A DNA stretch of 10,817 nucleotides from Candidatus Nanoarchaeia archaeon (GTDB taxonomy: Archaea; Nanobdellota; Nanobdellia; SCGC-AAA011-G17; VGLX01): contig JAWABC010000009.1 of assembly GCA_038884815.1 (NCBI GenBank), forward strand, positions 8,925 to 19,741, given 5' to 3'. The notes under the pieces were generated by a model that saw only the letters and a program-made list of their open reading frames with translations, was not told the origin of the DNA and made no database searches. Position numbers and translations under genes: made by a program. Positions 1 to 7,223 of the stretch are shown piece after piece. The first letter of the stretch is position 1, and each line of letters begins with the position of its first letter.

Positions 1-1705
1 CAATAATGCTGATAATCAAAGCCAACACTACAAAAGTAACAAAAGAAAAAATAAGCATAGAATGAACAAATCCCAAAATCAAAGCCTCTCTAACCTCAAC
101 TACCACGAACCAAGAAGTGCTGGGAACAGCCTTACACTTTCCCAAAACCCTCATCCCAGCATAATTTTTGTAGAACTTACTTACAGACTCAGCATTAACA
201 CATTTGGAATAAAAAAGCTCTTCAGAAAGAGGTTTGACCTTAAGGAGGGAGTCATTGACATAAGCAAGGTTGGTGATTGCATAACCTTCCTCGTTCAACA
301 AGTAAGACTCTAATGCGGCATCGTTAAGATGCGTCACGTAATCTACCTCACTCAGATTCGCATAAGCAACCAGAACACCCAAAAGAATTCCTCCATCATC
401 AAATATGGGGGTTGAAAAAACCACGTGCTTATTACCAGTAAATTCTGAAATGCGAACCGTCACGTAATCCTTTTTCTTAGCATTCACAAAGTAATCAAAG
501 TTGGAAGAGTCATCACTTATAGAATCGTTACCGGCAGAAAGGAGCAGCCTGCCATGCTCATCCAAAATAAACAAAGCATCAAAAGGCAGTCCGTCACCAA
601 CATAGGGGTCAAACATCAGCTTAGTTTGTGGCGAATTGAAGAAAAAGCTTTTATTTTGCTTACGAGAGATTAAAAAATTTTTAGCCATGGAAGATGAGAT
701 CATATTAAGACTTTGCTTCGTCTCTTCCAAATACATAGAAATGTGCTCAGCCTCAAGATCAGTCAATTCCTGAATGTTATTCTCAAAAATATTTGATAAC
801 ACTTTCTTGTTGTTAAAGTAATAAGCGTAATTGCCAACTGCTGTGAAAAAAACTGCAATCGTGATGAAAGACAAAACAAAAATTGTGCTCAGCTTCACAT
901 GACCTACGATGGGTTCATGAACTTCTCTTTTATGATGCTGAGGAACCATCTTCTCAACAAAGGATTTATTGATAGCCTTACGCTTTCTAAGACTTGCCAA
1001 CAAGAAACAAAAACCTAAACACATACATGCATAATAAAGAGTGAAAAAGGTGTCAAAAATGACACCCAAAACTCCATACACGCCATGCCACAAATAAACA
1101 GGATAAATTACATCACCTACAAAAACAAAAATGCCTGCGAGTGCGAAAAAAAGAAGGGGCCATGCAAAAAAACTGAAACGCCTCAAAAAGATGAAAATGG
1201 AAAGGGTGTTGAAAAAGATCAAACTACTCATCATAGGATAAAAATAACCCAAAAACAATGACAAAAAGGATTCCTCAGCATAAACACTGAATATATACTT
1301 ATTTATGAAAAAGTAAACCATTATAACCAAAATTGTGCTGCTTGTCAAATTCAAAAACAAACCAAGCCCTAACTTTTTTTCCAATTTGTAAATAGAAATG
1401 GAAAAATAAAAAAATGCAAAAACAAGCAAGCAAGAATCAATCACGTAAAAAAGGTTAGGTAAACCAAACTCAGCTTCACTGCCATAAACCCACTCAATGA
1501 TGTCCCAAGAAAACTCTGCAATGGCAGCAGACATGGCGGCCAAAGCCAACAAGACAAAAACTCTGACAAGCCATCTGTTCTGCTTAAAAAAAGGTAAAGA
1601 AGTTTTACGAATCTTAAAAAAAACCAGTAAGGCGAAGACTGCACTCATCAAAGCAAAGAAGTCCATAAACGGGTAAATGAAATACTGGAAGCCTTCGAGA
1701 CTCAT
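1..1705 (-). CDS. Membrane sensor protein, 3'-partial (C-terminus lies beyond the window start). Order of parts: seven N-terminal TM helices, a basic cytoplasmic linker, TM8, a ~245-aa extracytoplasmic double-Cache-like domain, then TM9. The output domain is not visible.
   Basis: I translated the minus strand by hand from ATG 1705-1703 (MSLEGFQYFIYPFMDFF...) down to position 2. That is 568 codons with no stop. The supplied track lists only short off-frame ORFs here, presumably because this ORF is open-ended. A GAGGT Shine-Dalgarno lies 6 nt upstream of the ATG. Cache-like segments include DPYVGDGLPFDALFILDEHGRLLLSAG, HVVFSTPIFDDGGILLGVLVAYANLSEV and YKNYAGMRVLGKCKAVPSTSWFVVVEV. They are flanked by the hydrophobic helices LSTIFVLSFITIAVFFTAV and ALILGFVHSMLIFSFVTFVVLALIISII. 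Confidence 0.8.
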   Translation of the reverse strand, partial: MSLEGFQYFIYPFMDFFALMSAVFALLVFFKIRKTSLPFFKQNRWLVRVFVLLALAAMSAAIAEFSWDIIEWVYGSEAEFGLPNLFYVIDSCLLVFAFFYFSISIYKLEKKLGLGLFLNLTSSTILVIMVYFFINKYIFSVYAEESFLSLFLGYFYPMMSSLIFFNTLSIFIFLRRFSFFAWPLLFFALAGIFVFVGDVIYPVYLWHGVYGVLGVIFDTFFTLYYACMCLGFCFLLASLRKRKAINKSFVEKMVPQHHKREVHEPIVGHVKLSTIFVLSFITIAVFFTAVGNYAYYFNNKKVLSNIFENNIQELTDLEAEHISMYLEETKQSLNMISSSMAKNFLISRKQNKSFFFNSPQTKLMFDPYVGDGLPFDALFILDEHGRLLLSAGNDSISDDSSNFDYFVNAKKKDYVTVRISEFTGNKHVVFSTPIFDDGGILLGVLVAYANLSEVDYVTHLNDAALESYLLNEEGYAITNLAYVNDSLLKVKPLSEELFYSKCVNAESVSKFYKNYAGMRVLGKCKAVPSTSWFVVVEVREALILGFVHSMLIFSFVTFVVLALIISII

Positions 1706-1711
1706 AAACAA

Positions 1712-1717
1712 ACCTCT
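1712..1717 (-). promoter_or_regulatory. Shine-Dalgarno-like site (AGAGGT) for the sensor gene
   Basis: The minus strand reads aaaAGAGGTttgtttATG. GAGGT matches the complement of the conserved 16S rRNA 3' end, and the spacing to ATG 1705 is 6 nt. Confidence 0.45.
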
Positions 1718-1760
1718 TTTTAAGTAATCTTTCTAATTTTTTTCTTAATAAACTTTACTA

Positions 1761-2591
1761 CTAAAATACAGTTTCTTCAGGAAACACAACGATACCCTTA
1801 TCCGTAATCTTCATTGGAAAAATCCTAGTGGAATGCTCAACACCCTTCAACTTCAAAACCTCAATGGCACGCTCCCTCATGTCACCCTTCCTTATGTTGT
1901 AAAGAAGTATTATACCATCAACATCAAACTCAACTGTTTTTGGGTGATGCCTGTCAACGTTCTGCTCCTCCTCAGCAACAAGGATAGCAGTACAACCCCA
2001 CCTCTTGATAAGCTTAAACAAATCAAGAAAGGCTTCCATCCTGGTCAATTCATCCTTGAAAAGAAATGCAAAAGCAGTTAGGGAATCAATAACTATGCGC
2101 TTGGCCTTTATCTTCTCAACAGCGACATCAACCTCACCACCACCTTCAGACAGCAGCTTCTTAACCTGCTCAGGGGTGTACTCTATAACGACAAGCTTGT
2201 GCTCATCCTGATACTTTTTCAAATCCCAACCAAACTTAGACATATGCTTTAACACATCCTCCTCTCTTTCCTCAAATGTTATGTAAACACCTGGCTCGTT
2301 AAACTTCTCTATCCCATTAACAAGGAACTGAATTGAGAAAATGGTCTTGCCAGAACCAGGACCGCCAGCAATTATGTTAACAGAGTTTTCTTCAAACCCA
2401 CCACCCATCACCTTGTCCAAACCCTCGATTCCTGTCTTAACAGGCCTCTCCTCAGTAACAACTGTAACCGGTCTTACAACAGGAAACTCCGCTCTAGTAA
2501 TCTGAACCTTACCATCCTTAAGAGAGATGTTATGACTCACAGCCTCACTGGGAGAATGAGCTTCCTCCCTCTCACCATTTTTTGAGTTCAT
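1761..2591 (-). CDS. Single-domain KaiC/RecA-superfamily ATPase (COG0467/RAD55-like; positional analogue of FlaH/ArlH)
   Basis: The sequence TGIEGLDKVMGGGFEENSVNIIAGGPGSGKTIFSIQFLVNG contains the Walker A motif GPGSGKT. RIVIDSLTAF is Walker B-like. The C-terminal part DGIILLYNIRKGDMRERAIEVLKLKGVEHSTRIFPMKITDKGIVV is typical of KaiC/RadA-like domains. The track starts the ORF at TTG 2594, but ATG at 2591 (MNSKNG...) is the more likely start. Confidence 0.85.
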   Translation of the reverse strand: MNSKNGEREEAHSPSEAVSHNISLKDGKVQITRAEFPVVRPVTVVTEERPVKTGIEGLDKVMGGGFEENSVNIIAGGPGSGKTIFSIQFLVNGIEKFNEPGVYITFEEREEDVLKHMSKFGWDLKKYQDEHKLVVIEYTPEQVKKLLSEGGGEVDVAVEKIKAKRIVIDSLTAFAFLFKDELTRMEAFLDLFKLIKRWGCTAILVAEEEQNVDRHHPKTVEFDVDGIILLYNIRKGDMRERAIEVLKLKGVEHSTRIFPMKITDKGIVVFPEETVF

Positions 2592-2632
2592 CAAAAAAAG
2601 GAATGAAAAACAGGTTTATAAATTTTTGTTTA
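2592..2632 (-). promoter_or_regulatory. Short spacer with a TATA-box-like TTTATAAA (2615-2622) about 27 nt upstream of ATG 2591, plus T5 and T7 runs. It may be an internal, near-leaderless promoter and/or an oligo-T pause or terminator.
   Basis: The minus strand reads tgaTAAACAAAAATTTATAAAcctgtttttcattcctttttttgATG. The TATA-to-ATG distance fits the usual archaeal TATA-to-TSS spacing if the mRNA is leaderless. No Shine-Dalgarno is present. Confidence 0.35.
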
Positions 2633-3619
2633 TCAAAAAGTGAACAGCCCGCCAAGAACGTTAGAAACTACAAAGCGGACAAGGAAGAACAAGCCGATGC
2701 TTATGCACAAAACAAAAGGTATAAGCTTAAAGCCATACTTCTCCTCTCCATGTAGGATCAAACCCATCATCAACCCACCAAGGATAGAAGTTATGGAAAT
2801 GGAAGTTATGATATAAGTTATGACAAAGCCGGGAGTTACAGAAACTTTCGTTATTGTAATAGGAAGATTCATGGCTAAACTTTCTTTAGGAATCTCAACC
2901 TCAGAAAGTATACTGGTCATAACCTCAACAAGAAAAGAACTCAAACCATAAAGAAGAGGAGCGCCAATGCATATTGCAGCAAAAATAAAAATTACGTACA
3001 TCCTAATGTTAGCGCGAACCTTCTGATTGATGAATTCCTGGTTACGAAGATTACGAGCCGTCTGGTCAAGCAAAGAAGCCAACTCGCCACCAGCCCTCAA
3101 ACCAGAAACTATAAGCATCATAGTCTTCTTAAACTTGTCAGAGTTAATCCTGCTAGCCATACCCAAAAGACAATCATCGATGTTTTTACCAACAGTAATT
3201 TCCTTACCCACCCTCATTATCTCCTCAGTAAGCGGACCGAACTCAGGCCTTGCTGAAAGCAGAAGAGCACGCTCAGGAGTGAAGCCAGCCCTCATGTTAC
3301 TTGACATGAGTTGCAAGGCATCAGGCAAAACCTTTTCAATAAACTTAGCCTTGGCATCAACGCTAAGCAAGAGCCAAACGTAAACAGTCACCTCAAAAGC
3401 AACAAACGTTATAATGAAAGTAAGCCAGAGATTCCACTGAAACATGTAGCCAAGACCAAAGGCAAGCACCCAAGCAAAGCCAAAACCAAAAGAAAGTATA
3501 AAACCAGTAAACTTATATGGGTCGATCCTTATGTGGGCAAAGTCAAGAAGCTTCTTGTAAGACTCAAAAACCCTTCTTGGGAAAAGTTTGGATATAAGCC
3601 TGTAAAACATCTTACTCAC
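2633..3619 (-). CDS. Type IV filament platform protein with one T2SS-F domain (TadC/EpdK-like; equivalent to the C-terminal half of FlaJ/PilC)
   Basis: The cytoplasmic T2SS-F-like segment is LPDALQLMSSNMRAGFTPERALLLSA...FGPLTEEIMRVGKEITVGKNIDDCLLGMASRINSDKFKKTMMLIVSGLRAGGELASLLDQTARNLRNQ. It sits between N-terminal and C-terminal TM helices. The track start at 3619 is a GTG that overlaps the upstream gene by 8 nt. An ATG at 3610 (MFYRLISK...), 1 nt after the upstream TAA, is an equally plausible start. Confidence 0.85.
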   Translation of the reverse strand: MSKMFYRLISKLFPRRVFESYKKLLDFAHIRIDPYKFTGFILSFGFGFAWVLAFGLGYMFQWNLWLTFIITFVAFEVTVYVWLLLSVDAKAKFIEKVLPDALQLMSSNMRAGFTPERALLLSARPEFGPLTEEIMRVGKEITVGKNIDDCLLGMASRINSDKFKKTMMLIVSGLRAGGELASLLDQTARNLRNQEFINQKVRANIRMYVIFIFAAICIGAPLLYGLSSFLVEVMTSILSEVEIPKESLAMNLPITITKVSVTPGFVITYIITSISITSILGGLMMGLILHGEEKYGFKLIPFVLCISIGLFFLVRFVVSNVLGGLFTF

Positions 3620-4520
3620 TCAACAGGTGAGGCCTCCTAGATTTTATCATACCCAAAAATATTATCTGCAGGAAAATTATGAAAACAAGCAAACCCCACA
3701 AAGCCATCTTTGTAGCGTTCTCAGAAAGGGCAATGAAAGAAGAAATTATTATGATGAATGTTATGCTCAGAGAAGGGGCTATAACAGCTACAAGCATGTA
3801 AAACATAGCAAGAGGGTTAAGCTGGCTGCCATAATTCTGAATCTGAACAAGCTGCTCCTCAGACAAGTCATTAATTATGTCATTTATTACAGTGGCTAAG
3901 TCACTACCTGCCTTCATGCTGTTGACTATCTGCCAAACAGCACGCCTGAACAAAGGGGAAGGGTTCTCAGAAGCTAATTCTTCCAAAGCCTCAACTTGAG
4001 GCCTTCCTGTATTAATCTGCTTGACAGCCTTGCTAAACTCTTTAGACAAATCACCATAGTCACCCTTAGAAATGTTAACAAGTATGTTAAAAAGAGGAAC
4101 CCCAGAATTAAGCTGAATCAGTATGTTCTGCAAGGCAGGAAGAAGGTTCTTCTCCAAACCACGAATCTTACGGTTGGAATAAATCCTTGGGTACATGATC
4201 TGCTGAGCAAAAACAAACAAAGAGAAAACAGCAGATACGATGAATCCCACACCAAGAGGAGCCTCAAAACCTATCAAAGAGATTACAGTGGGAGTGGAAA
4301 AAACAAAAGTGAGTATGAAACCTAAGATTACAAAGAAAAAAAGAGTTGAAGAAATGCACAAAGCAATGTACTCCTTAGCATCAACGTCCATGCCTGACTG
4401 CTTAAGGTTCAAGTCCAACAAAGGAAAAACAGGTTTTACAGCCTGGCCTAAACCGATGAATGCCTTCGCGAACCTCCTAAGAACCTTTGGAGGTAAAAAG
4501 TTGTATGGAATTCTTATCAT
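3612..4520 (-). CDS. Type IV filament platform protein with one T2SS-F domain (TadB/EpdJ-like; equivalent to the N-terminal half of FlaJ/PilC)
   Basis: The T2SS-F-like segment is LLPALQNILIQLNSGVPLFNILVNISKGDYGDLSKEFSKAVKQINTGRPQVEALEELASENPSPLFRRAVWQIVNSMKAGSDLATVINDIINDL, flanked by TM helices. ATG 4520 lies 6 nt after the ATPase TGA stop (4527-4529). Confidence 0.85.
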   Translation of the reverse strand: MIRIPYNFLPPKVLRRFAKAFIGLGQAVKPVFPLLDLNLKQSGMDVDAKEYIALCISSTLFFFVILGFILTFVFSTPTVISLIGFEAPLGVGFIVSAVFSLFVFAQQIMYPRIYSNRKIRGLEKNLLPALQNILIQLNSGVPLFNILVNISKGDYGDLSKEFSKAVKQINTGRPQVEALEELASENPSPLFRRAVWQIVNSMKAGSDLATVINDIINDLSEEQLVQIQNYGSQLNPLAMFYMLVAVIAPSLSITFIIIISSFIALSENATKMALWGLLVFIIFLQIIFLGMIKSRRPHLLSE

Positions 4521-4526
4521 TATGAA

Positions 4527-6029
4527 TCATTTAAACAGCTCATCAACATTACCCTTCTCAACAATCTTTAGGAAAGACTCTGGATCAACGTAATAAGCGT
4601 TCATTATCTTACCAACTTGGTCTATGCTCCTAAAGTTATTCTTAACCATCCAATCAAGGATGAACTTCTTGGTGGCAAGGTCCTTATCAATCTCCTTCTG
4701 ACTCATACCAGTATGCCTACTCAAGTCTTCGAACAACTTCTGAGCCTTGCCATGCACCACGATCTTGTCACTGTCAGGCCTCCACCTATAAAGTATGTTA
4801 GGCTTAACAGACGTCCTGCCCTCTTCTTCCTCAGAAGTTATGAACTCACCTATCTGGAAGGTACGCCTAATACCCTTACGCCTATCCCTAAACATGACAA
4901 TGTCCAAGTTAACCGCACTCAAAAGGTTGGGAGGAACTTTAAGAGGAGGATTCGTAAGCCTCCTAATCGTATCAGCAATAGTATCAGCATGAACAGTAGC
5001 GTAAACAGAGTGACCTGTGTGCATGGCCTCGAAAAGAACCTCTGCCTGGTCCTTCTTACGCATCTCACCAAGGATGATACGGTCAGGCCTCATCCTAAGA
5101 GAGTTGACAAGCAAGTCAAACATAGAAACCTTACCCTTCCCCTCTGGGTTGGGCTGCCTAGTTATGAGAGGACACCAGTACAAGTGTTCAGCAAGCTGCA
5201 ACTCACGAGTATCCTCAATACTCAAAATCCTCTGATTCGGGGGGATAAAGGCCATGAGGACATTAAGCATAGAGGTCTTACCAGAAGCAGTGCCCCCACT
5301 CACCAGGATGTTCATCTCATACTGAACAGCCAACCAGACGAGAGCAAAAACACTGGAATCACAAGTGTTGTTTTTTATGAAGTCAGTAACGGTCCAAGGA
5401 TCACGCGCAAATTTCCTTATAGTTATGGTGTTACCTTTGGTAGCAATAGGGTAAAGAACAGCGTTAGCACGGTCACCGGTAACAAGGTGAGCGTCAAGCA
5501 AAGGATTAAGTGTTGTAACTTGACGACCAACACGACGCGCAATTATGCTAGCATAGTTATGAATCTGATCCTCTGTCCTCACAAAAATGTTGGTGTCAAG
5601 CCAGCCGTACTTCTTATGGAAAACCCTGATAGGTTCTTTGGAAGAGGTTAGAACAATTTCTTCAAGATTTGAATCGTTCATCAAAAACTCCACATCTCCA
5701 AGACCAAGCATTTCATGAAGTAAAGTGTTAACAAGATAAGTCTTAACATCAGGCTCAAGGTTCGGAAGGAGCTTATCAAGCAAGGCATCAGCCCTAACAC
5801 TAAACCTCTGTTTAAGAGCATCTATTATTTGCGGGTTCAATATTTCAGACGTGCTTATTGTAGTTTCAACAACAAGCTGATTCCTTATCTCATCAAGAAG
5901 GGCAGCTGTAGCAACAGAAAGTTCTGGAATCACCAATTCGTAACGCAAATTCCTACCCACAGTCCTCATTATCTTAACTGTAATCTCAATCATGTCAGAC
6001 TGAACTTTGTATGACTCTACTTCTTGCAT
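4527..6029 (-). CDS. Type II/IV secretion-family hexameric ATPase (FlaI/ArlI, TadA, VirB11, archaeal PilB clade)
   Basis: This is a 500-aa ORF. Walker A is VSGGTASGKTSMLN, the Asp box is RILSIEDTRELQL, Walker B is RPDRIILGEMR and the His box is HTGHSVYATVHAD. ATG 6029 overlaps the upstream gene's stop by 13 nt. Confidence 0.92.
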   Translation of the reverse strand: MQEVESYKVQSDMIEITVKIMRTVGRNLRYELVIPELSVATAALLDEIRNQLVVETTISTSEILNPQIIDALKQRFSVRADALLDKLLPNLEPDVKTYLVNTLLHEMLGLGDVEFLMNDSNLEEIVLTSSKEPIRVFHKKYGWLDTNIFVRTEDQIHNYASIIARRVGRQVTTLNPLLDAHLVTGDRANAVLYPIATKGNTITIRKFARDPWTVTDFIKNNTCDSSVFALVWLAVQYEMNILVSGGTASGKTSMLNVLMAFIPPNQRILSIEDTRELQLAEHLYWCPLITRQPNPEGKGKVSMFDLLVNSLRMRPDRIILGEMRKKDQAEVLFEAMHTGHSVYATVHADTIADTIRRLTNPPLKVPPNLLSAVNLDIVMFRDRRKGIRRTFQIGEFITSEEEEGRTSVKPNILYRWRPDSDKIVVHGKAQKLFEDLSRHTGMSQKEIDKDLATKKFILDWMVKNNFRSIDQVGKIMNAYYVDPESFLKIVEKGNVDELFK

Positions 6030-7138
6030 AACTCAGCCTCCCCCAACGGAGGATAATTAATCCTGATAAGGCCGTGCTCCTCAAGGATCTTGCCCCATTG
6101 CTCAGCAAGCTCCTTTGAGATGCCAAAACCAGCGGCAATCTCACTTACCGTTACCTTACCACGCTTCTCCACAAGCTCATAAACCTTATCGATATTGGTT
6201 TTGTATTTACTTGCCCTTGCAATAACGCTCTCCTTTATTGCTTTTAAAGTTTCAATCTTGCTTTCCCTCTCCTGCTGCCTTCTCTTTCTAATATTCCTAT
6301 ATATCTTCAAAAAAACGAAACCAGTAAAAAGCCCTGCCAAGACAGCAAGAGTTATCCACGCGTACCAATTAAGGAATGGTATTTTGGCTTTCCTGTTGAT
6401 AATAAGCAGAGCGACAAGTATAAAAACAGAAATACAGTAAGAAATTATTGTTACGTGCTTGTAAATTTTTGGATAATGATGAGGTTGAATAATAGGCTTC
6501 TTCTCTTTCTTTCCTTCTTTTTTCTCCTTCTCCTGCACCTTCTCCTCGGTTTTCTTAGCAGCCTTCTTGCTGAACAAACCAACAAACCTTATTTTTATAT
6601 CTTTGACGTTAAAAACAATCCTTTCCTTTACCTCTGTAAAAAAGCCTCTACCTCTGGGCTTTTCCTTCTTAGGCTCCTTAACCTCTTTCTTAACAACCTT
6701 CTCCTTTGTGAGTTTAGGTTTTTCCTTAACATGAAGACCTCTTGCCTTAGCAAAAATGAACAAAACAATAGCACCAAAAGTTAATCCAGCAAGGATAAAA
6801 ACCCAAAGAGTAAGATTTAATGGCGAGGATATGAGGTCGTAATACTGCTTTGTAATCTGGTAAGTCCTAGCATACAAGAAATAAATCACTATAGCTATAG
6901 TTATGAAGCCGAGAAGTATCCTGTAAACCATCTTCTCCTTGTTCTGCATGATAAGACTTGTGAAAGTGTCAGCATGAGTAAGCTTAACCCCCTCGGCAAT
7001 GAAACCTATGAGCATGAGAATAAAACCAAGAACAACAGTTATGACAAACCAGCGGTCATAGAAAAAAGAGGCTAAAATAGCAGCCAAACCCAGCCAGAAA
7101 AAAACTCCAAAAATCTTGTAAATCCTCTGATCCAACAT
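6017..7138 (-). CDS. Polytopic membrane protein (about 6 TM) with a ~95-aa Lys/Glu-rich loop and a C-terminal cytoplasmic winged-helix (wHTH)-like domain
   Basis: ATG is at 7138. There are four TM helices in aa 8-130 and a K/E-rich segment in aa 131-226 (KEKPKLTKEKVVKKEVKEPKKEKPRGRG...KKTEEKVQEKEKKEGKKEKK). Two more TM helices lie in aa 229-279, followed by the basic stretch RNIRKRRQQERESK. The wHTH-like tail is DKVYELVEKRGKVTVSEIAAGFGISKELAEQWGKILEEHGLIRINYP. The CDS call is solid; the domain call is by eye only. Confidence 0.8.
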   Translation of the reverse strand: MLDQRIYKIFGVFFWLGLAAILASFFYDRWFVITVVLGFILMLIGFIAEGVKLTHADTFTSLIMQNKEKMVYRILLGFITIAIVIYFLYARTYQITKQYYDLISSPLNLTLWVFILAGLTFGAIVLFIFAKARGLHVKEKPKLTKEKVVKKEVKEPKKEKPRGRGFFTEVKERIVFNVKDIKIRFVGLFSKKAAKKTEEKVQEKEKKEGKKEKKPIIQPHHYPKIYKHVTIISYCISVFILVALLIINRKAKIPFLNWYAWITLAVLAGLFTGFVFLKIYRNIRKRRQQERESKIETLKAIKESVIARASKYKTNIDKVYELVEKRGKVTVSEIAAGFGISKELAEQWGKILEEHGLIRINYPPLGEAELCKK

Positions 7139-7223
7139 CTAACTCAAAATCCCCCCTTTTTCTTACTTCTAATATGAACCATATTTCATTTATTAAATGT
7201 TTGTTTTACTTATTTAATAGTAA
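7139..7223 (-). promoter_or_regulatory. 85-bp spacer between the pilin block and the machinery block, with A/T-rich TATA-like boxes and a purine-rich RBS-like G6 run
   Basis: The minus strand reads tagTTACTATTAAATAAGtaaaacaaacaTTTAATAAatgaaatatggttcatattagaagtaagaaaaaGGGGGGATtttgagttagATG. TTTAATAA lies at 7190-7197 and the G-run at 7151-7156, 12 nt from ATG 7138. This is the only sizeable non-coding gap inside the locus. Confidence 0.35.

Noticed and set aside
62-1644. Track ORFs 62-313 (+) and 1441-1644 (-) in the otherwise apparently empty left 1.7 kb
   Set aside because: Both lie antisense or off-frame within the 568-codon open-ended minus-strand ORF (1-1705), which has coherent TM and Cache-like features and its own RBS. 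The region is not empty. The real gene was simply not listed.
985-1705. Reading the N-terminal 7-TM block of the sensor as a microbial rhodopsin
   Set aside because: The seventh helix (GVYGVLGVIFDTFFTLYYACMCLGFCFLLASL) has no lysine for a retinal Schiff base, and I recognised no other opsin signature.
4617-5651. A 344-aa plus-strand ORF, the longest plus-strand ORF in the track
   Set aside because: It lies entirely antisense to the secretion ATPase gene, whose minus-strand translation carries unmistakable Walker A, Walker B, Asp-box and His-box motifs. The plus-strand product is low-complexity and rich in Arg, Pro, Thr and Leu, with no recognisable motif. It is a shadow ORF caused by codon bias.
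6497-6534. A 38-nt pure homopyrimidine tract on the plus strand (possible H-DNA or triplex-forming element, or a repeat)
   Set aside because: On the coding strand it is the AAG/GAA/GAG/AAA codon run that encodes the Lys/Glu-rich loop (KEKKEGKKEKK). It is fully explained by the low-complexity protein sequence.
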